Shown here: positions 1 to 10,924 of the stretch, piece after piece
Position numbering within the stretch: position 1 is the first letter of the stretch
Layout of the letters: each line of letters begins with the position of its first letter
DNA from: Methanosarcinales archaeon Met12
GTDB taxonomy: Archaea > Halobacteriota > UBA148 > JAJOKI01
DNA length: 64,000 nucleotides
Assembly (NCBI GenBank): GCA_002813105.2
Contig: CP017966.2
Location: 790,745-854,744, forward strand
Direction: 5' to 3'
Program-made: the position numbers and the translations under genes
The notes under the pieces: generated by a model
What the model saw: only the letters and a program-made list of their open reading frames with translations
What the model was told of the DNA's origin: nothing
Databases searched by the model: none

Positions 1-296
1 ATTTTTGCGATGTCTCCCGCCGCATTGGATATCTTTTCTGCAGCAGAAGCTACCTGCAGGACCCCTGAAAGCCCCTCCGCCTCTTCGACTCCCCTGGCAC
101 CGAGCATTGCCGCAATGTTGGCGTGATGCTCAAGTATGGTCATTTCCTCTTCTAATCTCAGCACTTCCTCTGCAATATCTGCATCATCATAAAGAACCGC
201 TGAATACGCCAGGTCGACCATTAGCTCTGAGGTATCCTTCATCTCCTTCAAAATATCTTTTACATTCTTCGGCCTATAGTCGATTTCTTCGGTCAT
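1..296 (-). CDS. PhoU-like domain protein, N-terminal part (gene runs off the left edge)
   Basis: Not in the ORF track because there is no stop inside the window. Own translation from ATG 296-294 downward gives MTEEIDYRPKNVKDILKEMKDTSELMVDLAYSAVLYDDADIAEEVLRLEEEMTILEHH..., a helical PhoU-type pattern. It lies directly upstream of two MgtE-type membrane genes. Confidence 0.55.
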   Translation of the reverse strand, partial: MTEEIDYRPKNVKDILKEMKDTSELMVDLAYSAVLYDDADIAEEVLRLEEEMTILEHHANIAAMLGARGVEEAEGLSGVLQVASAAEKISNAAGDIAK

Positions 297-336
297 ATCA
301 ATCAATTAATCATCTTTGAATTAATAAATGCTTTCC

Positions 337-894
337 TTATACTATCATCATAGCCACACCAAATAATATCAAAACGCCAAACACGTCGCAGATACTTGTA
401 ACTATGGGTATCGTCGTATCATCAGGATCTATGCCATTGTTATATGAATAAAAGGCAGACAGAGTAGCGACGATTATCGCCATCATAGTTATTAGAATCC
501 CCGAGATTGTAGATATCAAAACCATTTCAAAGAGTCCGGGGCTCCCAAAGTCAATTAAAACACTGAATAGGTGTCCAAAGACTCCAACCAGAAAAAACGA
601 GAGCATACCGACGATGAGAGTGGCAAGAATGTTGTTCTTAAATACGAGACTTGTATGCCTGAATTCTATCGTACCAAGGTGAAGGGCAGATGAAGTACGG
701 GCGCTGAGTATCGCGCCGATATTTCCCCCCATGCCAATCGTAACCGGGACCAATATAAACAACCCAGGAAGCGCGAACAGGGTATCTTCGTATGTAGTGA
801 GAACTACTCCAGCAGCTATCCCCAAAAGAGAACATAGCGTGAGTAATGGAAGCGCAGTTTTCATGATTTTAAAAACGTTATACTCTTTTTGCAA
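337..894 (-). CDS. MgtE/SLC41-type divalent cation transporter membrane domain protein
   Basis: 185 aa, multi-TM. GNIGAILSARTSSALHLG and GIDPDDTTIPIVTSICDVFG resemble the MgtE integral-membrane domain. The start abuts the stop of the upstream paralogue. Confidence 0.75.
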   Translation of the reverse strand: MQKEYNVFKIMKTALPLLTLCSLLGIAAGVVLTTYEDTLFALPGLFILVPVTIGMGGNIGAILSARTSSALHLGTIEFRHTSLVFKNNILATLIVGMLSFFLVGVFGHLFSVLIDFGSPGLFEMVLISTISGILITMMAIIVATLSAFYSYNNGIDPDDTTIPIVTSICDVFGVLILFGVAMMIV

Positions 895-1515
895 CTACCA
901 CACCCCCAATACGATTTCTGCCGCCATAAAAAGTGCAAGCATTGCAAATACATCGCCAGCAGTGGTCGCCACAGGTCCAGAGATGTTATCGGGATCTATG
1001 CCTTTTCTATATCCTGCAAAGGTGATTACCAAGACAAACATAGTCAGCAACAGTCCAGAGGCCACTCCGGCTATCAGGGATATCATCGTCAATGGAAGTA
1101 TGCCAGCGCTCTCTCTTCCGAGCACCAGGAGGACGTAATGGGAGGTAACAGCCAGCACGACAGATATTATTACTCCCATGGCGAGTGTAGCCGCAATGCT
1201 GTGAATGAGGTTCTTATCATTCTTCAGCTCTGGTTGAATTATGCCCTGGTGGAGTGCTGACCCAAGTCTGGAGCCGAACGCCCCATATATGTTGCCCCTT
1301 GTATCCAATATCGCTGGCACCATTATTAATAATCCCGGAAGCGCCTTTAGCGAAGCTTCCATGCCCGTCAATACAATTCCTGCAAACAGACCTGAGAAGA
1401 CACATATCAAGAGCAAAGGGAGTGTCTGCTTGAGGATGGAAGATACGCTGGCGTATTCTTCTATATACTCTTCGACATATTCTTTTAGGTCTTCCGTCCC
1501 TTCTTCGAGAGGCAT
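895..1515 (-). CDS. MgtE/SLC41-type divalent cation transporter membrane domain protein (paralogue)
   Basis: 206 aa. RGNIYGAFGSRLGSALHQG and GIDPDNISGPVATTAGDVFA are the same motifs as in 337-894. Confidence 0.75.
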   Translation of the reverse strand: MPLEEGTEDLKEYVEEYIEEYASVSSILKQTLPLLLICVFSGLFAGIVLTGMEASLKALPGLLIMVPAILDTRGNIYGAFGSRLGSALHQGIIQPELKNDKNLIHSIAATLAMGVIISVVLAVTSHYVLLVLGRESAGILPLTMISLIAGVASGLLLTMFVLVITFAGYRKGIDPDNISGPVATTAGDVFAMLALFMAAEIVLGVW

Positions 1516-1590
1516 CTATAGTTTGTATTGCCGATTTCATATTTAAGTTAATTGGAACGATTGGCGTAACCACAATCATATTTCGTAGTT

Positions 1591-1980
1591 TTACGTCCCC
1601 TGCGTCTGTATCCACCCTATTTCCTTCTTCATATCGTCTTTGGACTTTTTAGTATCCTTGATGAATTGTTCTTCCACCCTGAAGGCATAGAAAAAGGTGG
1701 CGCCCCCCTCGGGTACGTTTTTCCATAGGGATTTGTCCACGCATTTTGCGCCCAACTCGTCAACAAGCCCCTGATATGTCGCCGATTCTATTCGATAGAT
1801 ATATATTGCAAAGTCCTCCAGCGACTTAGTTTCTATGTTTCTCACCCGGTATATCCCTTTGTTATAGAATTTGTGTGAGATGAACGTACATTCTCTGCTT
1901 TTGAGCGTTTCTTGAATTCTGCTCGGTTCGAGGTCGACCACATGCCCAAGCCTGTCAATCTCCAATTGAAGTTTATTCAT
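1591..1980 (-). CDS. hypothetical protein
   Basis: 129 aa ORF with protein-like K/E-rich composition and no motif I recognise. Confidence 0.45.
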   Translation of the reverse strand: MNKLQLEIDRLGHVVDLEPSRIQETLKSRECTFISHKFYNKGIYRVRNIETKSLEDFAIYIYRIESATYQGLVDELGAKCVDKSLWKNVPEGGATFFYAFRVEEQFIKDTKKSKDDMKKEIGWIQTQGT

Positions 1981-2055
1981 CCTGCACCTCTCGTCCCATC
2001 CCGAAGATATAAATGAAATATGGAGTGTACATACTTATAGATTCCGAGTTTTCAC

Positions 2056-2445
2056 TCAGGCGCCGATAAATCTAACATCGTCTAATTTCTCGAAATGTTT
2101 GTCGCTGGTGACAATTGTCGCCTCATACATTATAGCAGTCGCCATAATGACTGCATCAGCCATTGGGAGACCATATTCCGAACTCAGGTCAGCTGCCGCA
2201 AATGCTACTTTTTCATCTAAAGAAACGATAGATGTATAGGAGACTATGTAGGCACAAGCCTCCATCGCCTTTTCATCACTTAACTCCTTTTTAATTTTTT
2301 TGTAAACCTCGTAGAGCACGATTGAAGGCGTGTAATAGTTTTTTGGGTTGGCATTATCTATAAAGGAGGCATATTCATTTATTTTTGGTCCCTTACCAAA
2401 ATATTCAATCCATCCACAGGAGTCAATTAAAACGTTCACGTTCAT
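2056..2445 (-). CDS. vapC: PIN-domain toxin VapC
   Basis: 129 aa. N-terminal LIDSCGWIEYF and C-terminal TSDKHF are typical of PIN/VapC. Overlaps the upstream AbrB-type gene. Confidence 0.85.
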   Translation of the reverse strand: MNVNVLIDSCGWIEYFGKGPKINEYASFIDNANPKNYYTPSIVLYEVYKKIKKELSDEKAMEACAYIVSYTSIVSLDEKVAFAAADLSSEYGLPMADAVIMATAIMYEATIVTSDKHFEKLDDVRFIGA

Positions 2446-2653
2446 CTCTCAGGCTTTTTGTAGTGACCCCTTTGGCCAACCCTTTAGCATCTTTTATCGC
2501 CCCAATCTTGACCATGTGAATTAAATTATCCTTATCTATCATGACCATTCGTTCCCCTGCCCGTATACTCAATCGCTCTCTGATCTTTTTTGGAATGACT
2601 ACCTGGTATTTAGGGGATACAGTTACAGTATCCATCATATCACCGTAAAACAA
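2423..2653 (-). CDS. vapB: AbrB/SpoVT-type antitoxin VapB
   Basis: VTVSPKYQVVIPKKIRERLSIRAGERMVM is the swapped-hairpin AbrB motif. Operon partner of the PIN gene. Confidence 0.8.
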   Translation of the reverse strand: MFYGDMMDTVTVSPKYQVVIPKKIRERLSIRAGERMVMIDKDNLIHMVKIGAIKDAKGLAKGVTTKSLRDERERFN

Positions 2654-2680
2654 ATATGCTATCGATATATAAATAGTTTA

Positions 2681-3595
2681 CTAATCAGGATATGGTACCA
2701 CGACCTCCATAAAGTCCTGGGCAATGGACACGTTCTTGAAGATTGATTTTGCCCCATTCAGTAATGAAGAAGGGTCATCAGAATAGCGCGAACTGATGTG
2801 CGTCAGTACGAGCTCTTTACACTGCGCTGCGTTTGCAACGGTCGCTGCCTCTTTAGCTGTAGAATGTTTAGATTCAATTGCCCAGTCCTGCAAATCGTCT
2901 GCGAGAGTACCGTCATGAATCAACAAATCTGCATTCTTTGCCATTTTTATTATCGCATCACATGGTCTGGTATCTCCCGTATAAACGATTTTCCTGCCAG
3001 GTCTCTGCTTACCTACCACTTGTTCTGGCTTGATTTCATTTCCAGCTACGAACACGGATTGTCCAGAATGCAGTTTTGAAAATAATGGCCCAGGTGGGAC
3101 ACCCAGTTCAATGGCTTTCTCGCGATTGAATCTGCCCAACAAAGGATTTTCTTCCAGCACATAGCCAATACTTGGGATGCCGTGCTCGGTCTTGACAGCA
3201 TGGATTGTATACTCTGGGCGCTCGATTTTATCGCCTGGCTTGATTTCATGGTCCTCGACGGAAAAACTCAACTTATAATAGCCAAGGGAAGTCAGCATCT
3301 TGACGAATTGATGCGTCCAGGCAGGGCCGTAGATGTGCAGTGGCTCGGTCCGCCCTTGGAACGACATAGTCTGGATGAGCCCAGGGATGCCCAGAAAGTG
3401 GTCTCCATGATAATGTGTTATGAAAATAGAAGTGAGATTTATCATCCCTGTCTTTGCTTTCATCATCTGCCGCTGCGCCCCTTCGCCACAGTCAAAGAGC
3501 AGTAATTCTCCTTTTCTATCAATCATAATTGCGGATGAACTTCGACTGGTCGTTGGCATGGTCCCGCCAGTGCCGAGGAAGGTTATTTTGAGCAT
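2681..3595 (-). CDS. rnz: ribonuclease Z (tRNA 3' endonuclease)
   Basis: 304 aa. Metallo-beta-lactamase HxHxDH motif (ITHYHGDHFLG) and the overall layout of archaeal RNase Z. Confidence 0.9.
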   Translation of the reverse strand: MLKITFLGTGGTMPTTSRSSSAIMIDRKGELLLFDCGEGAQRQMMKAKTGMINLTSIFITHYHGDHFLGIPGLIQTMSFQGRTEPLHIYGPAWTHQFVKMLTSLGYYKLSFSVEDHEIKPGDKIERPEYTIHAVKTEHGIPSIGYVLEENPLLGRFNREKAIELGVPPGPLFSKLHSGQSVFVAGNEIKPEQVVGKQRPGRKIVYTGDTRPCDAIIKMAKNADLLIHDGTLADDLQDWAIESKHSTAKEAATVANAAQCKELVLTHISSRYSDDPSSLLNGAKSIFKNVSIAQDFMEVVVPYPD

Positions 3596-3599
3596 GATG

Positions 3600-4604
3600 T
3601 CACCTTTTTTTCAATACGATTATGTGGCGCGTCAAACTCTTGTGAACTCGTTGCTGATGATGTTCGAGGACTTTAAAACCGACATCCTCGCCGATTGCCT
3701 TCATGGGAATTTGTGACACTATCACGGCATTCTTTCCAGATTTGAGTACGCGATACATCTCCTTTAATGATTTAACATATAAATCTTGCAGTGATTGTGC
3801 CATGTACAAAGTCGACTTCCCATATGGGATATCTGTCACGATTGCATCCACGGAGCTATCTGCCAGCCCGATATTACACGCATCTCCAATTATCAGCTCT
3901 CCCCCTATGTCATAATGCTGAAAATTGATCGCAGTACCGTACACCATCTTGCGCTGCACATCCATACCGAGGCAATTGACCCCCATCAACCCGGCTTCGA
4001 TCAGTATGCCCCCCGTCCCACAGAATGGGTCCAGCAGGAGTTCTCTTGGACGGACAGAGGAGATGTTGACTATGGCGCGTGCAACTCCAGGCAATAATGC
4101 CCCCGGATAAAAGAATGGTTTTAGATGTGGTCGACGAAACTCATATTGGCGTCTGTCTATCGAAAACAACAATCTACCAAATATGCATTTATCCCCAGTG
4201 ATGACGAGACGAAAAACGACATCTGGGTCTTCTAAACCCACCTTGTATCCTCGTTTATGTATGATTGCGCCGACGTCCTTTTCGATATCACCTCTAAAGG
4301 CATAATTTTTGATCTTCTTTGCCCTGACGCAAAAAGTCTCCTCGTTACCAAGTGGTAAATCCGATGCACTTACCATAGTTAGGATCAGCTCCATATCGGT
4401 TTGACACACGTCAATAACTTCCAAAATGTGATGGGTCATGGCAAGACGCCTCGCAATCGGCGGCATTTCATTGGTTTCGATGATAAGGACCTGGTCCAAA
4501 GTGGCTATCTCCCTAAAAGGGATATTAGAAGACGTCAAACAACCGATGACCTCTGACCTGGGCAGTGTTTGATGCTCTCCCGAGAGCTCGAATGCAATCC
4601 GCAT
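3600..4604 (-). CDS. THUMP-domain tRNA (guanine-N2)-methyltransferase (Trm-G10/Trm11 type)
   Basis: THUMP-like N-terminal half plus SAM-MTase motifs LDPFCGTGGILIEAG and VTDIPYG. ATG at 4604 is preferred over the TTG at 4655 used by the ORF track. Confidence 0.8.
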   Translation of the reverse strand: MRIAFELSGEHQTLPRSEVIGCLTSSNIPFREIATLDQVLIIETNEMPPIARRLAMTHHILEVIDVCQTDMELILTMVSASDLPLGNEETFCVRAKKIKNYAFRGDIEKDVGAIIHKRGYKVGLEDPDVVFRLVITGDKCIFGRLLFSIDRRQYEFRRPHLKPFFYPGALLPGVARAIVNISSVRPRELLLDPFCGTGGILIEAGLMGVNCLGMDVQRKMVYGTAINFQHYDIGGELIIGDACNIGLADSSVDAIVTDIPYGKSTLYMAQSLQDLYVKSLKEMYRVLKSGKNAVIVSQIPMKAIGEDVGFKVLEHHQQRVHKSLTRHIIVLKKR

Positions 4605-4629
4605 GATATCGACATATATGCATAGCCAC

Positions 4630-4643
4630 TTAAATATATATAA
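4630..4643 (+). promoter_or_regulatory. TATA-like box upstream of tbp
   Basis: TTAAATATATATAA lies about 30 nt upstream of ATG 4671, in the Trm-G10/tbp divergent spacer. Confidence 0.4.
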
Positions 4644-4670
4644 GAAGGAAAACAAATGACTTTCTCATCG

Positions 4671-5253
4671 ATGGGGGGGCGCTATCATATCTAAATCAGA
4701 AGCGGCAAAGAAGACCATAAGGATTGAAAATGTTGTAGCATCTACTGCGATAGGACAGGAGTTGGACTTAAAATCACTGGCGCTTAAATTTGATGTCGCC
4801 GAATATGATCCAAAGCAGTTTCCAGGGTTAGTGTATAGGACCACGAATCCAAAGACTGCTGCATTGGTCTTCAAATCCGGCAAGATCGTATGCACTGGTG
4901 CAAAAAGCATCGATGATGTCGATGTGGGACTAAGTAGAGTTTTCAAGAATATGCGCGATGTTGGCATCAAAGTCGTGGATGAGCCGCAGATCATGGTTCA
5001 AAATATCGTAGCATCCGCTAATCTGGGCACGGAACTGAACCTCAACGCGATCGCCATCGGACTCGGTTTGGAGAATATCGAATATGAACCCGAGCAATTT
5101 CCAGGATTGGTTTATCGACTATCAAACCCGAAGGTAGTGGTGTTGCTGTTTGGGTCTGGCAAGTTGGTAATTACTGGCGGCAAAAAAATTGCTGATGCAG
5201 AGGTAGCGGTGGAAAAGATAGTCGGGGAGTTGGAGGGGTTGAGCCTTTTATAA
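4671..5253 (+). CDS. tbp: TATA-box binding protein
   Basis: Two TBP repeats (IENVVASTAIGQELDLKSLA and VQNIVASANLGTELNLNAIA, with FPGLVYR twice). The conserved N-terminus is encoded upstream of the ORF-track TTG at 4762. The only ATG (4671) is one nt out of frame across a G7 run (see finding). Confidence 0.9.
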
Positions 5254-5256
5254 GAT

Positions 5257-6981
<1,725 letters not shown>

Positions 6982-7180
6982 ATTAAATTGGTCGTAGGAT
7001 TAAAAGGTTATCCTAAAGGATTCCATGGCAAAAAAATCTTAGAGTGTTTTGGAGTTAAACATAATAAGGAGCTCATCTTTGAATCATCCATCACAAAATA
7101 AGATAAATAAACATTTGTAGAAGGGCGTATTAATCTCAAGGAGCAGATAGCATTAAAATCAGAACATTTGAAGATAAAAA

Positions 7181-7216
7181 ATGCCGCAGTCACACCAAAC
7201 TCGCCAAATTCTGACG
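7181..7216. repeat. left direct repeat flanking a TA cassette (copy of the radical-SAM gene 3' end)
   Basis: ATGCCGCAGTCACACCAAACTCGCCAAATTCTGACG compared with ATGCCGCAGTTATACCAAATTCTCCA at 7823-7848. Confidence 0.55.
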
Positions 7217-7276
7217 CCAAAAAGAATAAATGATATATACAATAACTTTTATGTGAGTTAGTGTAAGTGATATAAT

Positions 7277-7480
7277 ATGCAATGCGAATTTCAACCCTCG
7301 AAACATGCCAAGAGTCAGATGGTCCTTAGAGGCATTTCAAAAAGGGAGGTGTTGGACTGTATTTTGAAAGGAGCAAAAAGATTGCAAGGAAAAAAGGTCA
7401 TTGGCATCTTCGGAAAATTGGAAGTCGTCTTTTGGAAGAGACCTTGCCATTATTATATCATAACGACTTACTGGAGGTGA
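7277..7480 (+). CDS. DUF4258-like toxin
   Basis: 67 aa. SKHAKSQMVLRGISKREVLDCI...YYIITTYW fits the DUF4258 pattern. Stop and start are adjacent to the next gene. Confidence 0.6.
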   Translation: MQCEFQPSKHAKSQMVLRGISKREVLDCILKGAKRLQGKKVIGIFGKLEVVFWKRPCHYYIITTYWR

Positions 7481-7481
7481 A

Positions 7482-7811
7482 TTGATGAAGTGTCCCATAT
7501 GTGAAGGAGATATGGAAAGAAAAAAAGTCCCGTATACAATAGGAAGCGTTAAACTCGGCACCTTTGAGGCAGACGTTTGTTCGTCTTGTGGCGAAATATT
7601 CTTTACAGAAAAGTCGTCTGATGCCATAGATAAGAATGCAAAAGCATCGGGACTATGGGGACTTGAGAAAAAAGGGAAAATAGGATATTCTGGGAATTCT
7701 CTTATAGTGAGAATCCCGAAAAAAGTGGCCGAATTCATGAAGTTGAAAAAAGGGAGGGGAATTCTTATCAAACCTGAGGATAAAAAGCGGCTGATTATCG
7801 AGACAGAGTGA
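7482..7811 (+). CDS. YgiT/MqsA-type zinc-ribbon fused to AbrB-like domain (putative antitoxin)
   Basis: CPICEGD...CSSCGEIFF zinc ribbon, then GNSLIVRIPKKVAEFMKLKKGRGILI (AbrB/SpoVT-like). Confidence 0.65.
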   Translation: MMKCPICEGDMERKKVPYTIGSVKLGTFEADVCSSCGEIFFTEKSSDAIDKNAKASGLWGLEKKGKIGYSGNSLIVRIPKKVAEFMKLKKGRGILIKPEDKKRLIIETE

Positions 7812-7822
7812 TTTACTGAAAG

Positions 7823-7848
7823 ATGCCGCAGTTATACCAAATTCTCCA
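7823..7848. repeat. right direct repeat (authentic 3' end of the radical-SAM gene)
   Basis: See 7181-7216. Confidence 0.55.
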
Positions 7849-8695
7849 GTCCAACATCCCTGACGATCTCGAACGCCTTCTTCCTTTCGTCATATTCCAG
7901 CCGACGGTTCAGCTCTGGGTATCGGTTTGCTCTGTAATGCGGCGCGTACTGAAACATGAGATTGAACCTCACTTCAGGCATGTATTCCGCAATCCACTCC
8001 ACGATTGGCTTCGTACAGCACTCGATATGGCTGGGCAGCACAAGATGCCTTACGATAAGCTCTGCATCCCCGTATGCCGCAAGGAAGTTTCGTGTGACGA
8101 TGTCCCAGTAGTTTTTTACATTTGAGTATTTCTGTGCACATTCATCGTTTCCATATCGAAAATCTGCTAAATAAACATCTATCACGCCGCACAATAATTC
8201 CATCGCCTCTTTTGAGCAGTACATGTTAGAGTTCCAGACCATGGGCGTGTTGACATTGCATTTGTTCATGATTTGCAGTATGGTATGTAAGTGCGGCGTT
8301 GGGTCTCCGCCTACAAAATTCACGTTTCTCGCACCCTGATACTTCCTCATAGCGATAAGTTCCGCCATCTTTTCCGGAAGAACAGGCTCTTCGGGAGCGA
8401 TTCTATGCGCTATATCCCAGTTCTGACAATATACGCAGGAGAACGTGCATCCTGTGAAAAAAATCGTGTGCGATGGTACCAGTTCTGGCTCCTCGCCATA
8501 ATGCAGGAATTCCGATGCATATCGCGATACGGCATCGACACCGCAGTATCCGATTTCCTTTGCCAGTCGGTTCACGCCACAGCGCCGTTCACAGAAATGG
8601 CAGTTCTGGAGGATTTTATGAGCGAGCTCTATTTTTGAGTCGAGTGACGAAGTTTCCTTCGCGGCTATATATTTTGCCCTGTGTTTGCCAAGCAC
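7832..8695 (-). CDS. radical SAM protein (PflX-like activating-enzyme family)
   Basis: CTFSCVYCQNW is the CxxxCxxC cluster motif. An additional N-terminal Cys cluster is CHFCERRC. Confidence 0.8.
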   Translation of the reverse strand: MLGKHRAKYIAAKETSSLDSKIELAHKILQNCHFCERRCGVNRLAKEIGYCGVDAVSRYASEFLHYGEEPELVPSHTIFFTGCTFSCVYCQNWDIAHRIAPEEPVLPEKMAELIAMRKYQGARNVNFVGGDPTPHLHTILQIMNKCNVNTPMVWNSNMYCSKEAMELLCGVIDVYLADFRYGNDECAQKYSNVKNYWDIVTRNFLAAYGDAELIVRHLVLPSHIECCTKPIVEWIAEYMPEVRFNLMFQYAPHYRANRYPELNRRLEYDERKKAFEIVRDVGLENLV

Positions 8696-8705
8696 AATCT
8701 CTACC

Positions 8706-9317
8706 TTACAATTCCCTCAGAAAATTTTGCGGTAATTCTGGAGATATTTTAAATCTTTCTGAAAATTTTGGCTTTCTTCTGCCCTTATCAAGATCTACAA
8801 TCTCTTTATCGTTGGTTATATACCAAGAGCACTTGTTTAAAATTGATGTTGTCAACAATACGGCGTCATGAGTCCTTAGCCGGTAGTCCAAAACAAGCTT
8901 TGGATAAACTTCCTCATCTATCTCATCATTGACGATACCTATTTTATTTTTAAGTTCTTTAATGTATTTTGAAACTATCTCCTTAATAAGATAAAGATCT
9001 TCTTCACTCGCATACTTTTTTCTCAACTTTGGCCATAGAGTCATGGGTATTCCTAAACGATACATCCTAAGCGATGAAATTTCAGTATATAGAACATAGA
9101 AAACCTCTGCTAAAGCTAAGTTTGATACTTTGGAGTAATATTCATCAGTCCCTAACAAAGCCTCCACAAGTATATGGGAGTAGCTGATGTTGCTCAATCT
9201 CTCTTTAAGTATTTCATCTTTTTTTAATTCCTCAAACTTATTAGTTGAGTCCTTTATCAAAATCCAATTTGCCACAACATTGGAGTCTAAGAATACCGAA
9301 TTCATACTAATTACCAA
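8706..9317 (-). CDS. PIN-like domain protein
   Basis: VFLDSNVVANWIL at the N-terminus and THDAVLLTTSILNKCSWYITNDKEIV at the C-terminus, with a helical insert in between. Confidence 0.5.
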   Translation of the reverse strand: MVISMNSVFLDSNVVANWILIKDSTNKFEELKKDEILKERLSNISYSHILVEALLGTDEYYSKVSNLALAEVFYVLYTEISSLRMYRLGIPMTLWPKLRKKYASEEDLYLIKEIVSKYIKELKNKIGIVNDEIDEEVYPKLVLDYRLRTHDAVLLTTSILNKCSWYITNDKEIVDLDKGRRKPKFSERFKISPELPQNFLREL

Positions 9318-9495
9318 GGATTATATCAAACAGGGATTTTTTCTTTCTATCCTTAGGTGCTTGCCAGAGCCCCCTTATCTCTCCTCTTTCCCCTGTTTCC
9401 GTGGTTCTTTGTCTGAGCGCATAGTACTTACCAGTTACAGGGTTGTATATCCTCTTTTTTAAGCTCCTCTTTTTGTTTTTCGCCATAAACAACAC
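9307..9495 (-). CDS. small basic protein, possible partner of the PIN-like gene
   Basis: About 60 aa, K/R-rich. Overlaps the start of the downstream PIN-like gene. No motif recognised. Confidence 0.35.
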   Translation of the reverse strand: MLFMAKNKKRSLKKRIYNPVTGKYYALRQRTTETGERGEIRGLWQAPKDRKKKSLFDIILGN

Positions 9496-9610
9496 CCCCT
9501 ATTGCATGATTTATACTTCGTAAGTTTAAAACATTTACTAAACTTCATATCTCTTGCGATTTATCTCTCATCTTATCATAGCTTTGCTATATGCCCTTCA
9601 ATCTTTCCTT

Positions 9611-10924
9611 TCAGCCTACAACCTGCTGGTTTGAAACTCTGACGGTAGGAGTGATGATGTTGCCAACAGCACGGACATCAAAGCCTGCTCCATCTATGTT
9701 CTTTAGCAGTTCAAACACATTTCCAGATAACATGAGGGACTTGATAGGCTCGCAGATAGAGCCGTCCCTTATCGTAAAGGCGTTTCTCGCCTCGACCGAG
9801 AAGTCGCCGGACACCGGGTTCGCGGTATGCGCCCCGATAACCGAATTGATCAATATTCCATGGGAGGTTTCAGAAATTATATCCGTCGGCGGATACTGGA
9901 TGGTCATATTGCGAATGCCAACGGCTGGTGCAGATGAGTATGAGCGACGGACGCCGTTGCCAGTGCTCTTTCGAGCGTCTTTACCCGCAGTATAACAGTC
10001 ATACAGGAAGGTCTCGAGCATGCCATTGACGATTATATCAATTTTTTGAGAAGGAGTCCCTTCATCATCCATCATCGCGGTCCCAACTCCCTTGGCGAGC
10101 AAACCGTTATCGATAATGTCAAGCTCCTCTGAAGCTATAGCAGTGCTTAGTCTTCCGCACAGCGCCGACCTCCCCTTCTGGACGTTGTCTGCATCTAATG
10201 ATGGAACCAGTGCATGGCCGATGATTTCTGCAAAGGCGGTCGGTCTGAGTAGAACAGGGACCTCGCCGGATTCTATTCTGATGCCATTCAAAGAACGATT
10301 GGCCAGGTCCGATGCATTGAAACCAATCTGATAAAAATCGATATCCAGGCTCCGCGATATATCGAATTCCGATGCTGTTGAGATGTCGCCATCACGTGCC
10401 ACCGAATCGATTGACCCCTCGATAATGGTTCCTGATTCACGCACCATAATTCCATTCGAGTTGTAAATCGTTCTGGTCGAGGAGGAACATACGAAGTTTC
10501 CGGAGGTAGGCATGGCCCGTTCCACTGATTTGGCGCCGTCTATCATCTTGACCGCATAATCGATGCAACTGTCAAGACCGATGTCATGGAGTTTTTTGTC
10601 AAATACGCCGTCTACTTTTGGATATTTGCCGTTGGATGGAAATCCCCCCCAATCACTGACATCCTGTGATTTGATGGTGGCATATTTTACAGCATGCTCG
10701 ATAACCTCCTCGACTTTCGTAAAATCGTTGGTGCTCGAAAAACCAACTGCGCCGTCGACGGATGCCCTGATACCCACGCCCCGTATAATCGATTTCTCTG
10801 CCAGGCTGATCTCGTCCCTCTCGATGTCGATGGAGATGACTTTTCCATCAACGTAGAAAATCTCGACTTCATCAGCGCCTGCTTGCTCGGCACATTTTAC
10901 AATGGATTCTATCTGTGATATCAT
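9611..10924 (-). CDS. pmbA: PmbA/TldE family protein
   Basis: 437 aa paralogue of the adjacent TldD that lacks the HExxxH motif. 4-nt overlap with tldD. Confidence 0.85.
   Translation of the reverse strand: MISQIESIVKCAEQAGADEVEIFYVDGKVISIDIERDEISLAEKSIIRGVGIRASVDGAVGFSSTNDFTKVEEVIEHAVKYATIKSQDVSDWGGFPSNGKYPKVDGVFDKKLHDIGLDSCIDYAVKMIDGAKSVERAMPTSGNFVCSSSTRTIYNSNGIMVRESGTIIEGSIDSVARDGDISTASEFDISRSLDIDFYQIGFNASDLANRSLNGIRIESGEVPVLLRPTAFAEIIGHALVPSLDADNVQKGRSALCGRLSTAIASEELDIIDNGLLAKGVGTAMMDDEGTPSQKIDIIVNGMLETFLYDCYTAGKDARKSTGNGVRRSYSSAPAVGIRNMTIQYPPTDIISETSHGILINSVIGAHTANPVSGDFSVEARNAFTIRDGSICEPIKSLMLSGNVFELLKNIDGAGFDVRAVGNIITPTVRVSNQQVVG

Noticed and set aside
7008-7220. A 70-aa minus-strand ORF in the mer / TA-cassette spacer.
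   Set aside because: Its start is created by the duplicated 3' end of the radical-SAM gene. The rest is AT-rich spacer with implausible composition.
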